From Eubacteriales bacterium (GTDB taxonomy: Bacteria > Bacillota > Clostridia > Oscillospirales > CAG-272): DNA of 64,000 bases. The stretch spans positions 5,236 through 69,235 of the forward strand of contig JAZQMI010000119.1 in the NCBI GenBank assembly GCA_045543375.1, written 5' to 3'. Positions 20,402 through 28,007 of this stretch are shown here, piece after piece (the first letter of the stretch is position 1; every line of letters begins with the position of its first letter). The position numbers and the translations under genes are program-made. The notes below the pieces were generated by a model, which had not been told where the DNA came from, did no database searches, and worked only from the letters and a program-made list of their open reading frames with translations.

Positions 20402-20409
20402 GATAAAAA

Positions 20410-20580
20410 ATGATAGAGGCGCGCGTGACAAGACTACCTCCTGTGCCAAGCTTTCGCAAAGTGTTGCAGGTGGAAAAGGGGATCGCGCCGAAGGGAGCTT
20501 GGGCGAAAAGTTACCCTGGTAACTCGGACAACATCCGTTTTACTGTCGCACATTGCGGAGAGCTATCGAACAAACTTCCG
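20410..20580 (+). promoter_or_regulatory. lysine riboswitch (L-box)
   Basis: The 5' AGAGGCGC, the central GAAAAGGGGATCGCGCCGAAGG and the 3' ACTGTCGCA...GGAGAGCTA blocks match conserved L-box elements. It sits upstream of dapA-dapB-lysA. The expression platform was not resolved confidently. Confidence 0.85.
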
Positions 20581-20681
20581 GGCGCTTTTTTGCGCGCGCC
20601 GGGAGCTTTCGGTGGCCGATTCGTAAGGATTGGCTCTATTTTTTTGTAAACAAATGACAGAATAACGAAAGGAAACACATC

Positions 20682-21569
20682 ATGAAGACCCAAACGATTT
20701 TTGAAGGAGCTGCTACCGCGCTCGTTACCCCTTTGACCCAAGAAGGCATTGACTATACTGCTTTTGGCAAGCTGATCGATTGGCAGATCGAGAGCGGTAT
20801 CGATGCGCTCGTCATCTGCGGAACGACGGGCGAAGGATCTACGCTGACTGACGAAGAGCACCGCGAGGCCATTCGCTTTGCTGTCGAGCGTGCCAATAAG
20901 AGAGTTCCCATCATCGCAGGAACGGGCTCGAATGATACGGATTACGCCGTCGACCTGACCCGCTATTCCTATGAGGTCGGCGCCGACGCATCGTTGGTTG
21001 TTACGCCATATTACAATAAGGCAACGCAAAAGGGACTTGTACGCATGTACGAAATGATCGCCGATGCGGCCGATATGCCCATGATCCTTTACAACGTGCC
21101 TTCCCGCACGGGTGTGAGCATCGAGCCCAAGACCTATTTAGCGCTTGCCGATCACCCCAACATTGCCGCCATTAAAGAGGCAAACGGCAACATTTCCAAA
21201 ATCATGGAAACGGTTGCACTGGTCGGCGACAAGCTGGATATTTATTCGGGCAACGATGACCAGATCGTTCCCATCATGGCTGTTGGCGGCAAGGGCGTTA
21301 TTTCGGTGCTGTCCAATCTGATCCCCACGCAGACGAGCGAAATGTGTCATGCTATTCTTAAAGGTGATCTCAAGCGCGGCATGGAGCTTCAGACCAAATA
21401 TCTGGCGCTTATCAACGCGCTGTTTTGCGAGGTCAATCCCATTCCCGTCAAGGCAGCTATGGCTGCCATGGGCTTTTGCGAGGACTATCTCCGCTTGCCG
21501 CTCACGCCCATGGAAGACGAACACCGCGCCGTACTGCTTGGCTTGATGAAAGAGCACGGCTTGATTTGA
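20682..21569 (+). CDS. dapA: 4-hydroxy-tetrahydrodipicolinate synthase
   Basis: 295 aa with the GTTGE motif, YNVP.RT, and family-wide similarity. Confidence 0.95.
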   Translation: MKTQTIFEGAATALVTPLTQEGIDYTAFGKLIDWQIESGIDALVICGTTGEGSTLTDEEHREAIRFAVERANKRVPIIAGTGSNDTDYAVDLTRYSYEVGADASLVVTPYYNKATQKGLVRMYEMIADAADMPMILYNVPSRTGVSIEPKTYLALADHPNIAAIKEANGNISKIMETVALVGDKLDIYSGNDDQIVPIMAVGGKGVISVLSNLIPTQTSEMCHAILKGDLKRGMELQTKYLALINALFCEVNPIPVKAAMAAMGFCEDYLRLPLTPMEDEHRAVLLGLMKEHGLI

Positions 21570-21579
21570 GAGGTATCAA

Positions 21580-22320
21580 ATGAGAGTAATTGTAAACGGT
21601 GCTTCGGGCCGCATGGGCAAGGAGCTGATTGCCTCGATTACATCGGGGTATTGCGGTGCTGAACTGGCAGCAGCAGTCGATATCACACTGCCCGAGTGCG
21701 ACTGCCCGTGTTATACGTCACTTGCTGACGTCACCGAAAACGCAGATGTTTTGATCGATTTTTCACATCACAATGCAACGGACAAGGTGCTCGCCTTTGC
21801 TCTTGATCGCAAAATGCCCACCGTTATCGCCACCACGGGACAGACGGAGGAGGAAAAGGCTGCCATTGAAGACGCATCCCGTAAAATTCCGCTCTTCTAT
21901 TCGGGTAATATGTCGATCGGTATTGCTTTGCTCGTCACGCTTGTCAAGACCGCCATTCAGGTGTTTCCCGACGCGGACGTTGAGATCGTTGAAACGCATC
22001 ACAATCAAAAGCTGGACGTGCCGAGCGGTACGGCACTCATGATTGCCAAGGGCATCGAAAACGTCCGACAAAATACAACTTTCTGCATCGGAAGACATGA
22101 GAACGGCAAACGCCCCGCAGGCGAGGTCGGCATTCATTCCATTCGCATGGGCAAGGTCGTCGGCATTCATGAGGTCATCATCAATACAGGCTCGCAAACG
22201 CTGACGCTTAAGCACGAGGCACATAGCCGCGCACTGTTTGCCGAGGGTGCACTCAAGGCCGCCGAGTATTTGCGTGACCAAACGGCGGGACTTTATTCGG
22301 TAGGAGATCTGTTTGTATGA
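21580..22320 (+). CDS. dapB: 4-hydroxy-tetrahydrodipicolinate reductase
   Basis: N-terminal GASGRMG Rossmann motif and the E.HH..K.D.PSGTA catalytic block. Confidence 0.93.
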   Translation: MRVIVNGASGRMGKELIASITSGYCGAELAAAVDITLPECDCPCYTSLADVTENADVLIDFSHHNATDKVLAFALDRKMPTVIATTGQTEEEKAAIEDASRKIPLFYSGNMSIGIALLVTLVKTAIQVFPDADVEIVETHHNQKLDVPSGTALMIAKGIENVRQNTTFCIGRHENGKRPAGEVGIHSIRMGKVVGIHEVIINTGSQTLTLKHEAHSRALFAEGALKAAEYLRDQTAGLYSVGDLFV

Positions 22321-23639
22321 GAGTACTTTCCGAGAATAAAACGATGATTTGTGATAACGTTACCGTCAATGCCGCCGGACACGTGTGCTTTGCGGGTGTC
22401 GATACGACCGTTCTTGCGCAAAAATACGCAACGCCGCTGTACCTGCTGGATGAAAATAAAATCCGTGAAAAGTGCCGCATCTATCAGGACGCCATGAAGG
22501 CGTCCTTCGGTGCTGATGCGCTGCCGCTTTATGCAGGAAAAGCCTTGTGCATCAAGGATATTTATCGCATCATGCGCGAGGAGGGAATGGGAATCGACGT
22601 CGTTTCCTCGGGTGAGATCTTTACCGCCGCTTGCGGTGGTTTCCCCATGGAGCGTGCTTATTTCCACGGCAATAATAAGACGGATGCGGATATTTCCTAT
22701 GCCATGGAAAACGGCGTCGGGTACTTCGTTTGTGACAACGAGGAGGAGCTGTTTGCCATCGAGCGAGAGGCAACTGCTCGCGGTATCACGCAGAGAATTT
22801 TGATCCGCGTCGCTCCAGGTATCGATCCGCATACGCACAAAGCCATATCCACCGGCAGCGTGGATTCCAAATTTGGCGCAGCTATTGAAACAGGACAAGC
22901 TCTTGCACTCGTTGCTCTGGCACTCAAGCAACCGCACATCTTGTTTGAAGGCATCCATTGCCATATCGGCTCACAGATTTTCGAAACGCAGCCCTTTATC
23001 GACGCGGCGGCTATTATGGTCGATTTTGCAGCGACAATACGCGACGAGCTTGACTATACGCTGCGTGAGATCAACCTGGGCGGTGGCATGGGCGTGCCGT
23101 ATCTGCCCGAGCATGAGCACATCGATTACGCTAAAAATATTGATGAGATCGCTCGTGCCATGCGCGATCGTTGTGACGAGTGCCACTTCCCAATGCCGTG
23201 CGTTCGCATGGAGCCGGGGCGCAGCATCGTTGCCGATGCCGGCATGACGCTGTATACCGTCGGAACGCTCAAAAGCATTCCGGGCTTCCGTAATTACGTT
23301 TCGATCGACGGCGGTATGCCCGATAATCCGCGTTATGCGCTTTATCAGTCGCCTTATACCGTTCTGATGGCTAACCGCGCCAACGATGATTGTGATACCG
23401 TTTGTACCGTAGCAGGGCGCTGCTGCGAGAGCGGCGACCTGGTGCAAGAGGGTGTGGCGCTCCCCAAGCCGCAGCGCGGCGATCTGCTTGCCGTCCTGAC
23501 AACGGGCGCCTACAATTACGCTATGGCCTCTAACTACAACCGCATTCCGCGTCCCGCCATGGTCATGCTGAGTGACGGAGAGGATCGTCTGATCCTGCGC
23601 AGAGAAACATTTGAGGATCTGATTAAAAACGAACTATAA
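22317..23639 (+). CDS. lysA: diaminopimelate decarboxylase
   Basis: 440 aa, PLP fold-III decarboxylase (HCHIGSQ, GGG.GV.Y, CESGD). It overlaps the dapB stop by 4 nt. Confidence 0.93.
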   Translation: MRVLSENKTMICDNVTVNAAGHVCFAGVDTTVLAQKYATPLYLLDENKIREKCRIYQDAMKASFGADALPLYAGKALCIKDIYRIMREEGMGIDVVSSGEIFTAACGGFPMERAYFHGNNKTDADISYAMENGVGYFVCDNEEELFAIEREATARGITQRILIRVAPGIDPHTHKAISTGSVDSKFGAAIETGQALALVALALKQPHILFEGIHCHIGSQIFETQPFIDAAAIMVDFAATIRDELDYTLREINLGGGMGVPYLPEHEHIDYAKNIDEIARAMRDRCDECHFPMPCVRMEPGRSIVADAGMTLYTVGTLKSIPGFRNYVSIDGGMPDNPRYALYQSPYTVLMANRANDDCDTVCTVAGRCCESGDLVQEGVALPKPQRGDLLAVLTTGAYNYAMASNYNRIPRPAMVMLSDGEDRLILRRETFEDLIKNEL

Positions 23640-23677
23640 CAGAAAAGCAGAGCACTCAAACAGTGCTCGGCTTTTTA

Positions 23678-24643
23678 TCATATATTCTTCAATCCGTTGA
23701 CCGCTACGGTCAGCGCGGCGTAGTCGCCGATCTTCTCACCCAGCGAGGAGGGAAGCACGCGCAGTGCTTGCGCCGTTCCCGGAAGTGCCTCACGATGAAT
23801 GGTGCGCCACATAGTATCGTCAATGAATTGATGCGCTCGCATATATACACCGCCGGCAACCACCAGTTCGGGGTTGAGCACGTCGGCCAGCACGGCAAGC
23901 ACACGTCCGAATTGCTCGCCAACCTCTGCAAAGATAGACAACGAGAGCTCATCGCCGTTGGCGGCTGCAATGCTGACATCCTTGGCCGTGATCTTTGCCA
24001 CGTCGCTTGCATTAGCGGCTAAAATCGTTGTTTTTCCCGACTGCAACTGTTCCATCAGGCGCGTTCTGGCAAGCTGTGCGATGCCGTTGCCGCTGCAAAA
24101 GCCCTCGGCAGAGCCGCTTTTGCCATAGCCAACGGGACCGTGCGCTTCCAGCCGCATATGACCGATCTCACCCGCGAAATTCGTTGTGCCCGTATAAAGC
24201 TTACCATTCAGGATCAACCCCGCACCAAGCCCCGTGCCAAAGGTCATGAAGACCATGTGCTCGCAGCCGCGGCCTGCACCAAACGTCCATTCGGCAAGCG
24301 CGCCTGCGTCGGCATCGTTGCAAAGAAACGTCGGTACGCCAAATTCCTCGGATATCAACTGCACGACCGGAATGCGATCCCAGCCTATCAGATTGGGCGG
24401 CGAGAGGATCACGCCACGCTTGCTGTCAAGGGGACCTCCGCAAGAGATGCCAATAGCATCCGGCGCACCGCAACCGTGCTTGCTGCAAAGATCGGACAGC
24501 GTCTTTTTAAGCCGTTCAATGGTAGCATCCGGCGTATTGAGTGTAGGGAACTCCACGCGCTCGATCACGCGCAGATCGTGCTCAAGCTGCTCGCCCAAAA
24601 GGACGGCACATTTCGTTCCGCCGATATCAAGTCCTGCGATCAT
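23678..24643 (-). CDS. ROK-family sugar kinase
   Basis: N-terminal DIGGTK ATP motif. Start at ATG 24643 overlaps the upstream SIS gene stop by 4 nt. ROK signature ...GEIGHM.... Confidence 0.85.
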   Translation of the reverse strand: MIAGLDIGGTKCAVLLGEQLEHDLRVIERVEFPTLNTPDATIERLKKTLSDLCSKHGCGAPDAIGISCGGPLDSKRGVILSPPNLIGWDRIPVVQLISEEFGVPTFLCNDADAGALAEWTFGAGRGCEHMVFMTFGTGLGAGLILNGKLYTGTTNFAGEIGHMRLEAHGPVGYGKSGSAEGFCSGNGIAQLARTRLMEQLQSGKTTILAANASDVAKITAKDVSIAAANGDELSLSIFAEVGEQFGRVLAVLADVLNPELVVAGGVYMRAHQFIDDTMWRTIHREALPGTAQALRVLPSSLGEKIGDYAALTVAVNGLKNI

Positions 24644-25278
24644 GTCAATTCCTCCTCCACGGCGGCACATACGATGTGATACAGCACGATGTGATCCTGC
24701 TGAACCAAATAGGTTTCCTGTTCGACGCTGCGCAGCGTGAGATCGGCAATGCCTGCCATCTTTCCACCACTCTTGCCCGTCATGGCAATGGTGCTGCCAC
24801 CCTTGAACGAGGCGATCTTCATGGCGCGCTGCACAGGCACGGAATTGCCCGAGGTGGAAATACCGATCAGAATATCACCGGGCTGAATATAGGCGTTGGC
24901 CTGCTGCGCATAGACATATTCGCCGCCAAGATCGTTGATAATGGCGGTCATGATCGCCGTTCCGCCGACCAGACTGTGTGCGGGGAAGCCTACCTGGATG
25001 TGATCAAGCAGAGCGGCATCGTCGGGATATGCAGCGGCAAAGCGCGCCTTGTCCGCATCGGAAACGTAACGCATTTTACGGAACGCTTTAACGAACTCGC
25101 CAACGATATGCTCGGCATCCGATGCGCTACCTCCGTTGCCGCAAATATACAAATGGTGCCCCTCTGCGAAGCAGCGACAAATGCGCTCGGTCGCATCAAT
25201 CAGGCTTTGGCGCTCGCCAAGCAACGTGGGATTTTTGGCAAGCATTTCGTCAATCAGGGCAGTCGTACTTACTTTCAT
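24640..25278 (-). CDS. SIS-domain sugar-phosphate isomerase (GmhA / phosphoheptose-isomerase-like)
   Basis: CGNGGSASDAEH and ISTSGNS motifs are typical of GmhA-type SIS domains. Confidence 0.8.
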   Translation of the reverse strand: MKVSTTALIDEMLAKNPTLLGERQSLIDATERICRCFAEGHHLYICGNGGSASDAEHIVGEFVKAFRKMRYVSDADKARFAAAYPDDAALLDHIQVGFPAHSLVGGTAIMTAIINDLGGEYVYAQQANAYIQPGDILIGISTSGNSVPVQRAMKIASFKGGSTIAMTGKSGGKMAGIADLTLRSVEQETYLVQQDHIVLYHIVCAAVEEELT

Positions 25279-26219
25279 GGTGTTTCTCCTTGGTCTTCAT
25301 TTTCCTTGCGATAAGGGGCAATCATATAACGGTCAATCACGGGGTAGACAGCGTATGCGATCATAAAACCGATTGCGGCAAAAGCGTATAGCAACGGGAC
25401 GATCAGCGTGATGATACCCTCGGGCATAAACATGACCATCAGGAACAGGTGTAATGCAACAAGGACAACGACGCCGAGCATGGCCATCAGATTTCGCTTG
25501 ATGCCGAGCGCAGAGAAGATCAGCGCGTTCTTGAGCATTTTGCGGATGTTCATGTCAAAGGTGATCAGCATCATGTAAATGTAGGGGCGCATGATGATAT
25601 ACAACACCGTAATGGCGGTCAGCACCCAAAACATCACGTCCGTCCAGAAGGCTCCGACTGTGCGCGAATAGTAAACGATATCGACCGACAATGCAATGAT
25701 AGCGGCACTGTCGAGCAGGCCGAACAAAAAGCCTTGCTTGAAATTTCGCTTGATGCCGTAGAAATAGTCGCTGAAAACGAACACGGCGTCACCGCGCACA
25801 AGCCCTCGCAACACATAAAAGGAACCGACCGATTGCCAGCCGAGCGTCAGGATAAGGAACAGCGCGCACGCGCCAATGATCCAATAAGCGGCAGGACTGA
25901 AAACGGGAATACTGAGCGGAAGTGCCGACATGGTCATCTCCAGGTGCGAGGCCGCATCGGGTGCGATCAGTGAGGTGCCGTACAGCGGTGCAAAAATGGG
26001 CGTTGTCTGGGATGGTGTCATCGGCGTCGTCACAAAGGCGATGACGGCGATCGCGATGGGTGCGACCTGAAACAGCATCAAAAGGTTCAAGCTAAGCAGA
26101 TGGGAGAATTTTCTGGCAAACTGCTTGAAAAAGTTTTTGAACGTGGGGCGAAGATCCTCGCCCTTTTCTACGCCTTTTCCGTCGCGACTTCTGAATTTAA
26201 AAATGGATTGATAACGCAA
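25275..26219 (-). CDS. YesL/DUF624-like polytopic membrane protein
   Basis: A multi-helix membrane ORF. A TTG start at 26219 preceded by AAGGAG fits better than the track ATG at 26282. The family call is from memory of DUF624 topology. Confidence 0.55.
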   Translation of the reverse strand: MRYQSIFKFRSRDGKGVEKGEDLRPTFKNFFKQFARKFSHLLSLNLLMLFQVAPIAIAVIAFVTTPMTPSQTTPIFAPLYGTSLIAPDAASHLEMTMSALPLSIPVFSPAAYWIIGACALFLILTLGWQSVGSFYVLRGLVRGDAVFVFSDYFYGIKRNFKQGFLFGLLDSAAIIALSVDIVYYSRTVGAFWTDVMFWVLTAITVLYIIMRPYIYMMLITFDMNIRKMLKNALIFSALGIKRNLMAMLGVVVLVALHLFLMVMFMPEGIITLIVPLLYAFAAIGFMIAYAVYPVIDRYMIAPYRKENEDQGETP

Positions 26220-26319
26220 GAGGATTTCTCCTTTTCTCTGAGAATATAGTCTAATATTAGCACATTTGAAGAAAAAAAGCAAGGGGAAAGTAAATTATTC
26301 ACGCACAAACGCAGGAATA

Positions 26320-27114
26320 TTAACTTTTTACTCCGTTTTGGCGCAGCACCTCAAACGCGAGCACCGAGGTTGCTGATGCGGTGGACAGCGAGCCGCGAAA
26401 TTCGCGACCGTAATCAATGCGAACAATCTGGTCTGCCGTGTCAAGGAGTGCACGCGAAATGCCGCGTTTTTCGCCGCCGACGACAAGCAAAAGCGGTCGG
26501 CTCATATCCGCCTCGTAAAGCGAAACGGAATCACGGATACCTGCGCAAACGACACGATACGAGCGCGCCTTCAACCATGCGGCAGCTTGCTCACTCTCAC
26601 ATTCTGCCATGGGGAGCAGCTCGGACGCGCCGGCAGAGGAGCGTGCCACGACGCTTGCAGCGCTCATCCAGTTGCGCGGCGACAGTATCACGCCGTCAGC
26701 ACCGGCAGCATACAGTGAACGAAGCGCGTAGCCGAAATTATACGGATCCTCTATGCCTTCAAGTATAGCAAAGAATCCGTCCGGCTTGCGCCAAACGGCA
26801 TCATGCTCCAAAGCATCCTGAAGTTGAGCAATCGGACGTTCGGTGCAAGAGGCCACAATGCCGCCGTGTGTGGTACCGTTTGTCATGTCATCGATCGTTT
26901 GTGCATTGGTCAAGGTGACGGAAAAGCCAAGCTCGGAGCAAACGGCACGCAAAAATCCCAGTTCCTTTGCCTTGACGCGCATTTTTTGTTCGTCAACGAA
27001 CACCTCAAGAATGCGGCGTCTGTTCACACCCGTGCGAATTCCGCCGATCAGTGCGGAAATGGAGGTCATGCCCTCCAGATATATTTGATCTTGCTTGTTA
27101 TCCATAGCATCCAT
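26320..27114 (-). CDS. TrmH/SpoU-family RNA 2'-O-methyltransferase (RlmB-like)
   Basis: Has the N-terminal substrate-binding domain (IYLEG....ALI), the SpoU motifs ...LEGIEDPYNFGYALRS... and a C-terminal trefoil-knot block ...SLSTASATSVLAFE. Confidence 0.85.
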   Translation of the reverse strand: MDAMDNKQDQIYLEGMTSISALIGGIRTGVNRRRILEVFVDEQKMRVKAKELGFLRAVCSELGFSVTLTNAQTIDDMTNGTTHGGIVASCTERPIAQLQDALEHDAVWRKPDGFFAILEGIEDPYNFGYALRSLYAAGADGVILSPRNWMSAASVVARSSAGASELLPMAECESEQAAAWLKARSYRVVCAGIRDSVSLYEADMSRPLLLVVGGEKRGISRALLDTADQIVRIDYGREFRGSLSTASATSVLAFEVLRQNGVKS

Positions 27115-27238
27115 ACCAACCGTTCATTTAAAATAAAGCCGTATCAAGGCATATCAATGTCGTGCGATACATATATTATAGCAGTACATACGAAAAAAAT
27201 CAATACAAAACGGCAACAAAAGGAGTCGTAGGCTGCAT

Positions 27239-27511
27239 ATGATGTATATTTCGTCCGGCAAAGAGCGCTGCGTCGTGCTCGGCACGTATCTGGTAGAGAA
27301 CCGCGCCACCGTCCGTGCAACGGCAAAGCAATTCAAGATCAGCAAAAGTACCGTACATAAAGACGTTACGCAAACACTTCGTCACGTCAGCCCGGCGCTG
27401 TTTGAGCAGGTGCAATCCGTTTTGGAGAAAAACAAAGACGAGCGGCATCTGCGCGGCGGGGAAGCAACCAAGAAAAAATACAGGCAATTACAGGAACGTT
27501 CGCATGGATAA
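27239..27511 (+). CDS. spoIIID: sporulation transcriptional regulator SpoIIID
   Basis: 90 aa containing ...TVRATAKQFKISKSTVHKDVT...RHLRGGEATKKKY, which closely parallels B. subtilis SpoIIID. Confidence 0.93.
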   Translation: MMYISSGKERCVVLGTYLVENRATVRATAKQFKISKSTVHKDVTQTLRHVSPALFEQVQSVLEKNKDERHLRGGEATKKKYRQLQERSHG

Positions 27512-27581
27512 AGTAAGGCTTGCTACACAGCAAGCCTTTTTGTTTGAACACTACTGACGCTTCTCGCCCTGATGAAGCAAA

Positions 27582-27613
27582 AGTGCCATACGCCCAAGGC
27601 GTGTGGCACTTTT
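27582..27613. terminator. bidirectional intrinsic terminator
   Basis: 13-bp stem AGTGCCATACGCC / GGCGTGTGGCACT with a 3-nt loop. It is flanked by AAAA on the left and TTT on the right. Confidence 0.8.
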
Positions 27614-27639
27614 GGTGGGCCATCAGGGACTCGAGCCCC
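27613..27639 (-). pseudogene. orphan tRNA 3'-end fragment (acceptor 3' strand, T-arm and CCA), a direct repeat of 27787-27813
   Basis: TGGTGGGCCATCAGGGACTCGAGCCCC versus TGGTGGGCCATCAGGGACTCGAACCCC in the intact tRNA gives 26 of 27 identical. No D-arm or anticodon arm lies upstream. Confidence 0.8.
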
Positions 27640-27746
27640 AGCGTGCGGTGTAAAGGGCGGTAAGCGTTTATGCAACATATCGCACGCAATGCAATATGGC
27701 GGCTTGGCAGCCTCCATATTGCGGGGTTCGATCCATTTAGCTTCAT

Positions 27747-27781
27747 GAATAAAAGAGCGACCACCTGCAGGTGATCGCTCT
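27747..27781 (-). terminator. intrinsic terminator immediately downstream of the tRNA gene
   Basis: AGAGCGATCACC / GGTGGTCGCTCT stem (one mismatch) with a TGCA loop, followed on the minus strand by TTTTATT. Confidence 0.75.
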
Positions 27782-27786
27782 TTTAT

Positions 27787-27863
27787 TGGTGGGCCATCAG
27801 GGACTCGAACCCCGGACCAACCGGTTATGAGCCGGTAGCTCTGACCAACTGAGCTAATGGCCC
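27787..27863 (-). tRNA. tRNA with CAT anticodon; elongator Met or, more likely, lysidine-type tRNA-Ile2
   Basis: The reverse complement folds as a 77-nt cloverleaf with encoded CCA. The acceptor stem is GGGCCAT/ATGGCCC, the D arm GCTC-AGTTGGTCA-GAGC and the anticodon stem-loop ACCGG-CTCATAA-CCGGT. The variable loop is TGGTC and the T arm CGGGG-TTCGAGT-CCCTG. C4-G69 and C5-G68 plus the TGGTC variable loop resemble Ile2(CAU). Confidence 0.93.
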
Positions 27864-27883
27864 GCTTTCGCGGATACCTTGAT

Positions 27884-27912
27884 ATTATAGCAAGAAGTTG
27901 CAAGAAAGTCAA
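27884..27912 (-). promoter_or_regulatory. promoter for the tRNA gene (TTGACT-17-TATAAT)
   Basis: On the minus strand TTGACT is at 27912-27907 and TATAAT at 27889-27884, with a 17-nt spacer. Confidence 0.7.
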
Positions 27913-28007
27913 GACGTATCGACGATTTTATTTGAAATTTTGTTGCAATCAGCGGCGTGTTGTGATAAAATATACGCATATATACGGTAATTCGTACGGA
28001 GGCTTTT

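Noticed and set aside
27115-27238. A sigma-E type sporulation promoter for spoIIID.
   Set aside because: CATACGAA and ATATT-like elements are present, but their spacing of about 9 nt does not fit the sigma-E consensus spacing as I recall it. I could not assign a promoter confidently.
27613-27750. The possibility that the tRNA-like 3' end plus the upstream structured segment is tmRNA, a long-arm or intron-containing tRNA, or another tRNA-like RNA.
   Set aside because: There is no matching 5' acceptor strand (the best candidate pairs 5 of 7), no D-arm or anticodon arm, and no tmRNA tag ORF or pseudoknots. The T-loop is degenerate (CTCGAGT). I treat it as a fragment or scar, pending a covariance-model scan.
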